A DNA stretch of 36,661 nucleotides from Asterionella formosa. Lineage: Eukaryota. The notes under the pieces are model-generated. The model was not told where the DNA came from and searched no databases. It worked only from the letters and a program-made list of their open reading frames with translations. Shown here piece after piece: positions 11,241-22,557 of this stretch. The stretch's first letter is position 1. Every line of letters begins with the position of its first letter. The stretch spans positions 1 to 36,661 of the forward strand of contig NKIB01015301.1 in assembly GCA_002256025.1 (NCBI GenBank), read 5' to 3'. Position numbers and translations under genes: made by a program.

Positions 11241-11445
11241 CGAAAGCTGGTCTGTAGTCAGTACGGAATTTATTCATACCGCTACCGGTAGTAAGGTATT
11301 ATTTTGGTATACCAGCACTACCGGGAGCTTTACTAGTGCATAACGGTGGCATAAGTAAGAATATATTTTTGCCACATCAAAAACTCCGATTCTCTGAATT
11401 CATAAAAATTAAACAGCGCCGACCATCATCTGCTATATCATCACC

Positions 11446-12351
11446 ATGGCCACCATGGCGAGCGGACCAGACGAAGACTTACCAACGCTTATCCGTCGAA
11501 AGGATCATTTGAACATTCTCCGATATGTTCGCGCTCATCAGCTGAGAGATCCTGATCTTGTCATTGTGCACGCCAAGGCGCTGTTAGGGGACGACCTCCA
11601 GAAGAAGCTCAGTGATGAATCTGCCCGTCTAGCTGCACTAGAACAGACTTGCTTGGCTGCTCTAGACGTGCAAAATCACGAATTATCAGAGAAATGTCTC
11701 TCCAGGCTTTCAGAATCGGTTGGGAATGAAGCGACTCGATTTCGCATGTTGTTGGCACGTTGTCTGGAAAGTGCCGGGGACACGAGCGGTTCCAAGATTA
11801 TTTACGATGATCTTTTGAAAGACAACCCATCCAACCTCATGGCATTAAAACGCTTGTACTGCTTGTCTTCGACAGAAAAGGAAGCTGTCGAATCGCTCAA
11901 CAAATTTATTCAGCAAAACATTGCCGACCCCGCCGGCTGGTATGAAATGGCCAAACTACGTTTGAGCATGGGTGATTTCAAAGGAGCTGCTTACGCACTA
12001 GAGGAAGTTGTTTTGGCATGTCCATTGGACTCGTCGCTTCACTGTCAACTGGGTGAAGTGTATGCTACCCTGGGAGGTACTGAGAATTTGCTCCTGGCCC
12101 GAAGACACTTGTGTCAGAGTTTGGAACTTGACGATTCCAATCGACGGGCAATGTTCGGCCTGGTATCCGCTGGAAGCAATTACATTGAAGCCACAAAAGG
12201 GAAAAAGGACGCAGATGAACACGAAATTGAAGTTTCGAAGGAGCTGGTCAAGTACGGCGTTGAGAAGATTGGCATGGCTTACAAAGGCACCAAGATGAAT
12301 AGTGCCGTCCAAAGCGTGATGAAGGATCATTCGGATATTGCTAATCTCTAG
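11446..12351 (+). CDS. EMC2: ER membrane protein complex subunit 2 (TPR protein, TTC35)
   Basis: 301 aa; LEQ..LAALD, YDDLLKDNPSN..ALKR, GWYEMA.L....GDFKGAAYALEE.VL..P, LGEVYATLGGTENLLLARRH..SLEL..RAMFGL. Confidence 0.9.
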   Translation: MATMASGPDEDLPTLIRRKDHLNILRYVRAHQLRDPDLVIVHAKALLGDDLQKKLSDESARLAALEQTCLAALDVQNHELSEKCLSRLSESVGNEATRFRMLLARCLESAGDTSGSKIIYDDLLKDNPSNLMALKRLYCLSSTEKEAVESLNKFIQQNIADPAGWYEMAKLRLSMGDFKGAAYALEEVVLACPLDSSLHCQLGEVYATLGGTENLLLARRHLCQSLELDDSNRRAMFGLVSAGSNYIEATKGKKDADEHEIEVSKELVKYGVEKIGMAYKGTKMNSAVQSVMKDHSDIANL

Positions 12352-12635
12352 GAATATAAAATGTCATCGTTGATCCAAACTTTTCTCGAATGTTTTTATT
12401 CATGGTGAGAAGTTTTGAGAAACGGCATATGATTTAAAAAATTTACACTCCGAATATTGAAGGATCTGTCGATTTCGCTTACACATTGCCAATCGCTACT
12501 ACTCTGAACGAAGAAACCAAGAAGATGCGAATAATCTTCTTCTCTATCTTAAAACAAGGCGAAAATCCATAGTAGTTTCTACAGGAGCGAACGAGCAAAG
12601 AAAGAACCATCGATCTAAAATTGTTTTCAAAACTA

Positions 12636-13097
12636 TTAACTATTACTCTCAATTCGTTCAATCATGGCATCTACAGCTGTCTGCACTTTCTCTGGAGTGG
12701 ATTGACTATCATTCCACGCAGGTTTCAAATTGTCTTGTAACAAAAACCGCCCAACTAGATTTCCTTTATGGACTGTCAACCAATGCTTCTTCTCCACGGC
12801 ATCAAAGGATGTCCATATGCGAGCTTGGTCGACTTCGTAGGTTGGAAATTTCAACAGAAATGTGCCATCTCGTTGAAGCACAAGTCCCGTGTCAAGACCC
12901 GTTCGTTGGACCCATTCACTCCTAGATGTTTGCAAATGTTCTAAAACAAGTTGAGAGAGTGGATGGACATACTCTTTTGTTGTTGCCTTGATTGAAAGAT
13001 AGCGTTGAGGTAGAAATGGAATTGCTTTGGTGGAATGGCAATTTATGGAACCAATTATAGAAGTAACGCTTCGGCTTCGACCAATTGATGACAACAT
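12636..13097 (-). CDS. Hypothetical protein with a mitochondrial-presequence-like N-terminus
   Basis: 153-aa ATG ORF; N-terminus rich in S/R/I and lacking acidic residues, ending QRYLS; globular-looking core (HPLSQLVLEHLQ, RIWTSFD..KKHWL). Confidence 0.7.
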   Translation of the reverse strand: MLSSIGRSRSVTSIIGSINCHSTKAIPFLPQRYLSIKATTKEYVHPLSQLVLEHLQTSRSEWVQRTGLDTGLVLQRDGTFLLKFPTYEVDQARIWTSFDAVEKKHWLTVHKGNLVGRFLLQDNLKPAWNDSQSTPEKVQTAVDAMIERIESNS

Positions 13098-13201
13098 CTT
13101 TGGTCAACTAGAAATTTACAACCAAATGAAGGATGACACGAAAAAACGTCGCGGGTAAAACTTAAAAGCGAAGGGAGTTTTTTTGTAATCAACTACGACA
13201 G

Positions 13202-13247
13202 TACAAGTATTATTTTACGACATTACAAGTATTATTTTACGACATTA
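13202..13247 (+). repeat. 22-bp tandem duplication
   Basis: TACAAGTATTATTTTACGACAT x2. Confidence 0.9.
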
Positions 13248-13367
13248 TTAAGAAAGTGAATCAAAATCTAGGATACATACCGTATGAGAATAAACTACCG
13301 GTATAATGCTGAGCTGGAAGAAAGCAACGAAGACGAGGAGGATGGCGTGGCATACTGCGCAATTTTG

Positions 13368-13432
13368 GTAATTTTGCTGTAGCTAAAGATTTAGCTATCT
13401 TTATCCCAGTCAAAATGAGCGCAACTTGCTGG
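13368..13432 (-). mobile_element. MITE-like family A, copy 2 (minus orientation)
   Basis: Minus strand reads TA|CCAGCAAGTTGCGCTCATTTTG..GATAAAGATAGCTAAATCTTTAGCTACAGCAAAAT. Confidence 0.7.
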
Positions 13433-13459
13433 TATACAACTTACAACTGCAAGGTCCGG

Positions 13460-13496
13460 TAAAATAGAAATTTAGCTTTAAAATAGAAATTTAGCT
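13460..13496 (+). repeat. 19-bp tandem duplication
   Basis: TAAAATAGAAATTTAGCT(T) x2. Confidence 0.85.
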
Positions 13497-14017
13497 ACAT
13501 TTGCCTCATAATAAAAACCGTGATATATGGTTATTCACTAGGAGACGGGACTGATTTGAGTGTATATTTTAATGAGACGATGCTAATTATGATGCTTTAC
13601 GACCGAGTCATCCCCCTCCCCTCTCACGGAAAATGTTGATGTACAAAAATATTTGCATTATATTTTCTCTTGTTCCATACTCATGTGTTACTACCGGTAG
13701 ACCTTTTAATCGGATATCATAAAAATTTCTAATATTGCAAATGTGGTTACGAAAAAAGGTTAGAACCAACGAGATTCTTGATTTTCAAATTCAGGTTTGG
13801 GAGGAGAATGCTGTTATGATAATAAGCATTTGAGACACATTACTTCCTGCAGTACCTTGAAGATCATTTCATTGTTACTAGTTAAAAGCACCAAGTTCCT
13901 GCCTTTTGTACCTATAGCTATCTCTAGAGCCATTATTGCTTATCAAAAGGAAAAAAAACACTTGTTACATTGGCACGATATACATGATTCTCCAAGTCAC
14001 TTTTTGAATGTACGTTT

Positions 14018-14059
14018 TCCTAAACTAAATGTCAGCTATCCTAAACTAAATGTCAGCTA
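14018..14059 (+). repeat. 21-bp tandem duplication spanning the formamidase stop codon
   Basis: TCCTAAACTAAATGTCAGCTA x2. Confidence 0.9.
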
Positions 14060-15680
14060 CTTGCCAAGGCGAGGGTCGAGGGGCACAGCATCACCAACTG
14101 CCGCAATGCATACATTCTTTTCCACGACTCGAATGCCCCTAGCAAGTGCTTCGAGACCCTTTGTAGGACGAACGTCTTGATCGAAAATTGCCAATGGAAT
14201 GGCCAATGTGCAGACAGCATTTGGAACATCAACGATTCCACTGATGCGTCCTTCACAAGGGATGCAAGACAACATCAAGTACACCTGCTCCTCCGAATAT
14301 CCAAACTGAGCCAAATATTTGATGCAATTCAACACCGCTCTTTTGTATGCAATTGTTGCATCTGGGTGGTAACAAAATGTCAGTTTGTTTGATATGAATC
14401 GAAAAACACACTGAAATGGCACTGGCTTGACTTACCAAGGTAATGCTGGACTCCCTTCTCATCAACAGATATTCCCTCAAAGACCAGCCACTCCGAATAT
14501 CGTGGTCCAAGGGGGCCAAGTTCAAAAATGGGATTTACACACAGTGGACTGGGTCCAACGACTGGAAGTAGTTTCATACCGTCCTTGATGACGGTGCATT
14601 TGAGATCTAACCATCCCGACATTTCAATTGCACCACAGAAACTCACTTCGCCATCCCCTTGAGAAAAATGCATATCACCCATGGACAAATTGGCGCCAGG
14701 TACAAAAACAGGAAAGTATACAATTGAGCCACGAGACAAATTTTTGATATCACAGTTACCACCATTTTCGCGTCCAGGCACTGTTCGGGCGGCTTCCGAA
14801 GCAATCATATCCCATGCGTCGTCTATTCCTTGCTGATATAGTTATGAATATAATGTGTTGGGAATAAAATTATTACCACAAATTCCAGGTACTTTGGGTT
14901 CACATACCTTGTCTTTGAAATGCCCAAGCTTGCCAAGCATTGCACCTTTAGCTTCTGGAAGACATGCCAGCGGTCGAGTATGTAGACACCCGCAGAGCGT
15001 TGGTGCCTCGGGTGTTCCTTCCTTGGCACAAAGCGCACCTTCTCGCTCATTCCACATGGCAAGGAGTTCCGCACTTGGGGCTGTTCCGATCAATCCTGGG
15101 TGAATCAAACCAGCAAATTTCACCCCTGGAATGTGACGACTGGAACAATAGATTCCTTCCAAATCCCAAATCGCTTTCGTCGCATGTGGGAAGTGTTCCG
15201 TCAGGAATCCGCCTCCATTTTCCTTGGCAAATGACCCAGTAAAGCCCCATTCATCGCCATCCAAACATCCTAAATTCAATATTTCTACTTGGAGCAAATC
15301 TCCTGGTTGAGCACTTTCAATAGCAATGGGCCCACTTAGATAATGCACTTGTGACAAATCGACGTTTTTAACGTCATCAGCGCTATCGTTGTCTTTGATT
15401 TGGCCTCCCGTCCAATCCACACACTCGACACGAAAGACTTCCCCCTCACTGACACTAGCAACAGGAGGAATGTCTTGGTGGCAGTATCAACACGACATTA
15501 CGGTGAGAGCAATACGCACACAAGAATTTTGCGATCCTCAATTGGAAATGGTTTTGTTCATCAGATCCTTGGTTTTGCTCCAAGCAGCGGTGACGTACCA
15601 GGGTGCCATCGATTATGAAGCGGCGTTTCTTGATCCCACGGAGCAAGCTTCGGGTCAACAGAAATCAATTTCTTCACCAT
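14057..15680 (-). CDS. fmdA: Formamidase (FmdA/AmdA family), 4 exons: 15680-15599, 15473-14908, 14832-14436, 14361-14057 (449 aa)
   Basis: LHNRWHPDIPPV, ECVDWTGGQI, VHYLSGPI, ENGGGFL, HPGLIGTAPS, RENGGNCDIKNLSRGS, GDMHFSQGDGE, SGIVDVPNA; three GT-AG introns of 125, 75 and 74 bp restore one frame (1350 nt). Confidence 0.95.
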
Positions 15681-16090
15681 GGTCGAATGATTGATGCTTT
15701 ACTTGCAGGGGAGGAGGACAAAGAGGACGACAAAAAGAAAGGATATCGGATTATATCCAATTCCGAGTGAAAAGATTCTCGGAGCACTTGTTGCAGAACC
15801 TTAAGTTGCAAACTTCTGAAATAATGAGAGAATATATGATGAAAATGTTAGTCATCATCAGATTCTTTTTCACGAAGCAAACGGTGAAGGATATATGATA
15901 CGGCACTACACATGTGTACATGAGCAAAATGAATGCATTTAGGTAGATACATACTTCCGGTACTTATTACCGCATTTACCTGAGCAGCTTTCGGTTCGGA
16001 ATAATTATTAAATGTGTGGGGCTATTATAGATAGCCGAAGAATTATCGGAGCTAGTGCCTCATGAGAGCAGTAAGTTTGGTTGCAACTTC

Positions 16091-16117
16091 CCGGTACCTG
16101 GTACCAGGTACCAGGTA
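16091..16117. repeat. Tandem 7-bp CCWGG-TA array
   Basis: CCGG TA CCTGG TA CCAGG TA CCAGG TA. Confidence 0.85.
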
Positions 16118-16732
16118 TCGTACTTATGCCGGAACAGAGGGACTACCGGTACGCAGGTATGATATGTACTCCAACAATTAAAATGAATTCACACTTCATA
16201 CATGAGAAAAACAATTTCCAAGTGTACTGTACTGACAAGGTAGAGTTGTCTATAGACTATGCTTCGAGGAGCTAGTCAATCAAATGAAAGAATGGCACAG
16301 AAGAGCAGTTTTCACAAGTGCAATGTATTTTACAGTGATTATGTTGAGGACAAGGAGTGAAGCCAAACTGCGACTACATTAAGGTATTGTGCCCGACAGT
16401 TCTAATTAACTAGTTTCCTAATATGGCACTCAGGTTTGGATCAGGGCTTATCGAACATGTAGGTGCAAAGTACCTGACTCTGGTCCGTAAGTCGGTCAAC
16501 GAATGTACCTTTTCAGCATTTTTCTCGATTGTTTTTGCCGCATCATCACACCGAAGCACAATTACTTGTGAATGGGTTGGCACCAATAAACACCATGCCT
16601 GCACTTCCTTCACAATAGGTAGTCTCCTGATGTGAAGGAAGGAGAGGTAAAAACGCAGCTGATAGTGATGGAATCATAGTAACTGCAGTTTTCTGCCCAC
16701 CACCAGTCACCCATTTAACAAAAATGTTCGTA

Positions 16733-18730
16733 CTATTGCTCCTTAGTCCGTCGATGCAATGCTTGCCGGGTTTTAGCATCTTGAATTTTAACAACAGTGA
16801 CGACCACACGCTTTTTGATAAAGGTTGGCAGGCGTTGCACCAGAGCAGTGGCTTTTCCACTTGCCCACTCCTTGGTAACGGACAGTACATTTCGAAATCG
16901 AACTCGATTGGTGCGCTCGGTTGCATCGCCCTGATTTCGAAGCAATACCTCGCGAGCGATGGGAGCCCATTCTCGACTCAAACTCCAAGGGATATCCAAA
17001 CGGCTTGACAGACCCTTGATTAAAATGGTAGCACGACCCACCAATACCAGGTCCTGTGGGAAACTTTTTAATTCCTTGACAGGAGAGTTGGGACTCAATT
17101 CACCCTTGTCGTAACCACCAGGCAGGTTTTGTACTGATCCGTCAAAGAGCCACATGGCCACAGCCGCCGCCGCTTCGTCCTTGGCATCATCGTTAATTTC
17201 CACACCCAATTCAAGTGCAAGATTTCCAATTTTGGTCAAGTCCTCTGGATTGCCGTCACCAATTCTTTCATCCAAGGCAATCATGACCTTCGCAAGTGTT
17301 TCTCGATTCCGGCCTGAAATTTGTTTGACTTGACCAAAGTCAATAAGACCAACTTGGCCGTCCTCCAAAACAAAAATGTTACCTACAGATGAAAATAGGG
17401 TGTTAGAGATGTGACGATATGTAGAACAAACGTGACATACCTTGCAAGTAGATCAATAAAGGGCAATGGGGAGAAGCCTCATGAAAGGAAAATGTTTTGT
17501 CATCATTCGATTGATATGGAACTATTGAACTCACCTGGGTGGGGGTCTGTGTATGTTCAAAATATTCGAGTGAGTTTGATATATTTTCGTCACCAATATA
17601 AATCAATTTATTCCTATAAGCACAAACTGACCTGCATGAAAGAATCCAGTCTCCAGAATCGTTCGTCCAAAGACAGCCGTCAAGGCTGTCAATAGCCTCC
17701 GTCCAAACAACTTTGCCTCTGGACCAGCTGGATCTATTCCTTTCTTGATCATTTCGTCTCTTGCCCTGGACAACGGTACGCCATGTAGATAATCCATCAC
17801 CAACACTCGTCGACAAACCAATCCTGGTACAGGCCGTGGTATGACCAATGGTGCCTTTCTTGCACTTCCATTTGGCGAAATCGTAACAGACGTGTAAATC
17901 CGATCCATGGCAGCTGCTTCGGCAACAAAATCAAATTCATCAGCTAATTGTTTTTCTAGTTCACAAAAGACAGTATAGTAATCCAATGGCAATGCGTCTT
18001 GAAGGGCCTTGGATATTGTCTTTAGGTTGCTAATGTCCCCCATTAATTTCGATTCAATCGATGGTCTTTGAACTTTGACAGCCACTTCTTTAGGTCCACC
18101 ATACTTTGGAGTTAGTACTGCTCGATGTACTTGTGCCACCGAGGCGGCACCAAGTGGAATATCATCAAACTCGCTAAAGACCTCATGAAACTGTTCCCCC
18201 CCACCACGTAATAGCTCTTGCTCAATGACAGCCTTAACTAGCGTTACGGGCATGGGGTCAATATTGTCAGTGAATCCCCCAAGTGCGTCAGTGTATTGTT
18301 TCGGAAAAAGATCTTGTCGGGAGGCAATGATTTGAGCCGTTTTGACATAAAAGCCTTTCAATGACTCGATTGTGGCCGACAACGTTTGAGCACCTCGAAC
18401 ATGTTGTTGATCCCATGTGCGTTCCAATTGATCTGCTGTCATGATTTCTCCCAACACTTCTTGTCGGAATTGTAGTTCCAACATTGTACTGTAATACGAC
18501 GCAATGACGGGAACGGCAGTGGCCCAGAACTGACCGGCTCGCTTCAGTCGATCCACTCGAGATAGAGGAGGAGGAAATTCCGTGGACTTGTCTTGTTTTT
18601 GTGATGTGGGAGACAAGAAACGAGACGTGTCCACAACGTGCCGACTTGTGAGAGGAGAAAAGGCGAAAGCATTGCCACAACAACTACTCCACACAACCCA
18701 TAATAGTAGACATGGAAACAGATTCGTCAT
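16733..18730 (-). CDS. ABC1/UbiB-like atypical kinase (ABC1K), probably plastid-targeted; 3 exons: 18730-17632, 17546-17535, 17382-16733 (586 aa)
   Basis: LKGFYVKTAQIIASR.DL, PLGAASVAQVHRA, VAVKVQRP, EFDF..EA, spliced FFHADPHPGNIF, LIDFGQ; signal peptide followed by NAFAFSP. Confidence 0.92.
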
Positions 18731-19435
18731 GAGGGGCAGCTCTGGATTAATTTATAATGTGTTCAGTGGATACAGGAGATGCGGATTATTTTGTTCCTAA
18801 CTGGGTTGAGCCAATGCGGTGATCTAGGCTAAGAATATATTCATCGGTATTATTATATGTGTTCTGTAATGACAAGCAAGGCTGAAATGCGAGAGCACTA
18901 ATACCGTATGATATATCAGTATTGTTCAGCATCGTCATCATCATCATGCGGAGTAAGTGCTACTCCAATGATGTGCGCGTACTAGGATAGTTTTTCTTGA
19001 ACATCATATACCGGTATATACATAATCGTCAATAATGGCCTTGTATGAATTTGAGAATGAACGACGGCCGAGGCAGCATCGCTCAGCCAGTCGTGAAGGT
19101 TGTTACATATATTTAGTAATTGCACCGGTGCTATTTAAATATTTAAAACTAGATCTACACATTGGTAATCCAGCACATGATATGTATAATAAGGCTATGT
19201 ATTACTCGGAGTATGTACAGTTAATTATTACCGGTAGCTATACAAGTACCTTGGTACCGTATGCATTACGCATGTTCCATTCAGTACTGAAGAGTCAGAT
19301 TGATGACGAGGCAGGATATTGTCTCGTTTCCCTGACACCAATTCTGACTCATCCAAACAACAACAAAAAAAGCAACCCTGCTGTCTGCGCAATTCGCTCA
19401 TCTTAAACCAACTACGGGACATTTTTCTCTCTACA

Positions 19436-19670
19436 ATGAAGACCTTCAATAATCTCATTGCCATCATTGTTGGAACTGCAACTTCTGGTGTCTCTGCCTT
19501 TGTTCCACTTCCTACTAGCAGATCATTCTCTTCGTCTACTAGTGCAACTAAACTAGAAGCTGCTCCTATCATGGTACTTTACTGAACCATCAAGGTACGT
19601 ATTGTTTGTAATTCACATGTGAAATGATTTTGGGACTATACTCACCACCTTTACTAATCATACTTTCATG

Positions 19671-19753
<83 letters not shown>

Positions 19754-19960
19754 ACGATATAGACGGCCTTTGATACGGCCTCATATGCAATGGGTATGAC
19801 TGATAAAGTCAAGGGGACTGGTGTTTGGGGAGGATTTGAACTCGTACGTGAAGTGGACGACAATACAAGGACATTGAACGACAAGGCAAAAGTGGATGAC
19901 AAGATGTTGGTAGAGGAAAAGAAGGACGAGACTTCTCCTTCTTCATCAACTACCAAATAG
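19436..19960 (+). pseudogene. Small plastid-targeted protein (118 codons, exons 19436-19594 and 19763-19960) interrupted by an in-frame TGA at 19583-19585; pseudogene, recoded gene or sequence error
   Basis: MKTFNNLIAIIVGTATSGVSA-FVP presequence; ..AAPIMVLY*TIK then phase-0 intron GTACGT..TAG, then TAFDTASYAMGMTDKVKGTGVWGGFELVRE..TTK*. Confidence 0.75.
19671..19751. repeat. Compound microsatellite (AC)6(AT)34 inside the intron
   Basis: Read directly from the sequence. Confidence 0.95.
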
Positions 19961-20382
19961 CCGCTTGCAGTCGTGTGATGCATGTGTGTGTGTGCAAACT
20001 GCATACTTTTCATTGTTAATACACAAGTATTTGTTTTTGGGTGAACATTGAGAATGACGACAATGATTGGATCTATATTAGAAGGATTCATCTTGTCTGA
20101 AAAAAAGGGGTTGAAAAATTATTATTCCTTTCTGGATGGAATGATGATACTATTTACCCTTCAATTGATCCGACTCTATACAAAGGTACTAACCAAATGG
20201 TAAAACCGTAACTATCATCTCATTAATATTTTATAGTTCGCATTTGTGTTCAACACAATCCAATTTGGTACAAATTATATCCACATGTGACCAAGATATG
20301 TAATATCGACACGTTGAAAATCACAAACTACAGTTTACATCGCATAATAACTTCTTACTATAAAAAAGTGACTTAATGCCGA

Positions 20383-22395
20383 CTAATAGACTTTCTTCAT
20401 TTTCTTCTCCTTCTTTCGCCGCTTTCTCTCTTTTCGACGATGTCGTCGATCATCACTATCGGTGGACGCATCACTGAAGCTATAATCAGAAGACCGTCGG
20501 TTCTGCTTCCTTGATTTCTTGCTTTGCTTCATTTTATCACTTTTTGATTCCAAAACTTCAGATGGACTAGTTTTAGCCAGCATCGAACCAACTGCAATGT
20601 ATTGAAATGGATCCGAGTGGATCAATTCACTAGGCCTTGGCACTCCCGTTGGTAAAGGAGGTAAGATCGTACTTTCCGAGTCAAAAGGAGGACGTTCTGC
20701 AACTACATTGGATTCATCAGAGTCTGACGAATCCGATTCAGGTTGAAAGATTGACTGATACACCTTCCGGTCGGGTCTGGATTCTGCAGGTTCCATCATT
20801 TCTTCATGTTCATCCTTGCGAGCAAATACTGGTTTGGGGGCTCCGACAGCGTGCACCATGACATGTTTCTCAAAAAAGGACGCTTCGGCACCTAGTTTTG
20901 TTTCAAGTTTGGTAGACTTTGAATGACTAGGAGGCTTGACATTTAACCTTTTGCAAAGCAACGGATCGGGTATAAATAGCATTGTAGTTCGTGTCAACTT
21001 GATTTCTTTTCGTGCTTCTTTTCGAACTGGTTCCATGATGGGTTCTTTGGATTCGCTTTCAGGGTGAGAGAAGGGAACATGCAAGCCTGCAGGATGAGCT
21101 GCCTTCTCTTCCACTGAAGTTTGAGTACTAAATCGATTCTTCATTGCTTCTGCAAGTCCAACGAATGTTGAACCCGCCATCGCGCCGATCGGTTTTTCCT
21201 CTCGTTTCTTCTTGGTTGCTTTTTGTACTTTGTGAATAATCCGGTCCACCACAGATTCGGACCGGAACGTCTCAGGGCATTCGTTATCAGAAAAGACATG
21301 CCGTTTCAATTCAAAATTATGAGGGATATCAGGACCTGGATAGCGTTGTTGCGTTGACCTAGAACAAGCACCTCCAAGCACAAAGCCGGGTAGAACCTGT
21401 CTGCCATCCGATGTCAGGCCGCCACCTTTCTCTGCACCCACTGCATTCGAAGTTTCCGCCCACGACGAGAAGATACCTCCCACGTCGTAATTTGCTTTGG
21501 TGCTGGATTCTTCCTCGTCACTAATAGGATCATAAATTTCCACATCATAGTGTTCCTTGTCGATTTTGAAGGCGGACTCATCCTTGGGAAGGGGCGCTGC
21601 ATCGTAGACATCGTCATCATCTTCTCGTAATGCGAAACCACCTACAGACTTAGTCCCCACAAAGTCCTGCATCATTTCATGAGAAACATCGTAGTCATTG
21701 TCTTCGTCCAAATCGTCGGCTGGAGTTTCTCCTCGTTCGCTAGTCAAATCCGACAATCGGTACACATTACTTCCAGTTTTGTTAGTAACTGCTTTGATTC
21801 TCTCCTGAGCCTTCCGTCTCAATTGCTCACGATGTTTTTTAAATTCGGGTGCTTCCAAAAATGCATCATACCCAAGACCACAAGTATCAAGTTTTGGCAT
21901 CGGAAGCTTGACCAGCGTTTGCTGAAGTTGAATTCGCTTGAGCTTTCGATCTGACAGATGAGCTGCAATGTGGTCGTTACTTGATTTCTCGTTATTTGCC
22001 TCATGTGATGCTGGGACGTATGCAGTATCGCCATCTCTCCAACCTAACATTCTCAGTAATCGTTTACCAACATTGAGCGGAGGATCAATCGAAAAAAGAC
22101 TAGCCGCTGGTGGTGGTCGCAGTTTTGTTTCCGAAAAGTCTTGCTTCACGGACGTTGGTCCGCCCCATTCATTGAAATCTTGTTCGTCCATGAAATCCTC
22201 CATTTTCTGAGGCTTTCTGGAAAGTGATTTGTCGTCTGCATGCTCATGAGACTCGTTGCTTGGCTTGGGTGCCCAACCTTCTTTAGTGTCGACAGAGTTG
22301 AAATACCCTGCAGAAAAGCCCCCAGTAAATGCCCCGTGAAAGCGCTGTTGTTTCGTCCTTCGTTTCCCCGAAGGAACAAACAACGGGCGACTCAT
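20383..22395 (-). CDS. GPATCH1: G-patch domain protein 1 / TOUGH-like (DUF1604 + G-patch)
   Basis: RFHGAFTGGFSAGYFNSVDTKEGWAP, EDFMDEQD, VGKRLLRMLGWRDG..GLGY, PDPLLCKRLNV, K/R-rich C-terminus. Confidence 0.9.
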   Translation of the reverse strand: MSRPLFVPSGKRRTKQQRFHGAFTGGFSAGYFNSVDTKEGWAPKPSNESHEHADDKSLSRKPQKMEDFMDEQDFNEWGGPTSVKQDFSETKLRPPPAASLFSIDPPLNVGKRLLRMLGWRDGDTAYVPASHEANNEKSSNDHIAAHLSDRKLKRIQLQQTLVKLPMPKLDTCGLGYDAFLEAPEFKKHREQLRRKAQERIKAVTNKTGSNVYRLSDLTSERGETPADDLDEDNDYDVSHEMMQDFVGTKSVGGFALREDDDDVYDAAPLPKDESAFKIDKEHYDVEIYDPISDEEESSTKANYDVGGIFSSWAETSNAVGAEKGGGLTSDGRQVLPGFVLGGACSRSTQQRYPGPDIPHNFELKRHVFSDNECPETFRSESVVDRIIHKVQKATKKKREEKPIGAMAGSTFVGLAEAMKNRFSTQTSVEEKAAHPAGLHVPFSHPESESKEPIMEPVRKEARKEIKLTRTTMLFIPDPLLCKRLNVKPPSHSKSTKLETKLGAEASFFEKHVMVHAVGAPKPVFARKDEHEEMMEPAESRPDRKVYQSIFQPESDSSDSDESNVVAERPPFDSESTILPPLPTGVPRPSELIHSDPFQYIAVGSMLAKTSPSEVLESKSDKMKQSKKSRKQNRRSSDYSFSDASTDSDDRRHRRKERKRRKKEKKMKKVY

Positions 22396-22557
22396 CTTTA
22401 AAATGTAAAACTAGCACATTGACGGAGAGTCAAAAGTGAAGTATGGATGGAGAGCCAAGGAGCCGGTATATTAGATTTTTGATTAAAAATATATTAAAAA
22501 GGCTGCTCTTGCTGCGTTTGAAACCCTATATAGTCATACACGGTATAAATATATACA

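Noticed and set aside
16300..16730. Coding-looking minus-strand stretch downstream of the ABC1 kinase
   Set aside because: No start or splice model and no recognisable family; may be 3' UTR or a decayed fragment
19590..20091. Minus-strand ORFs with YIYIYI runs
   Set aside because: Translations of the (AT)n microsatellite, antisense to the real gene
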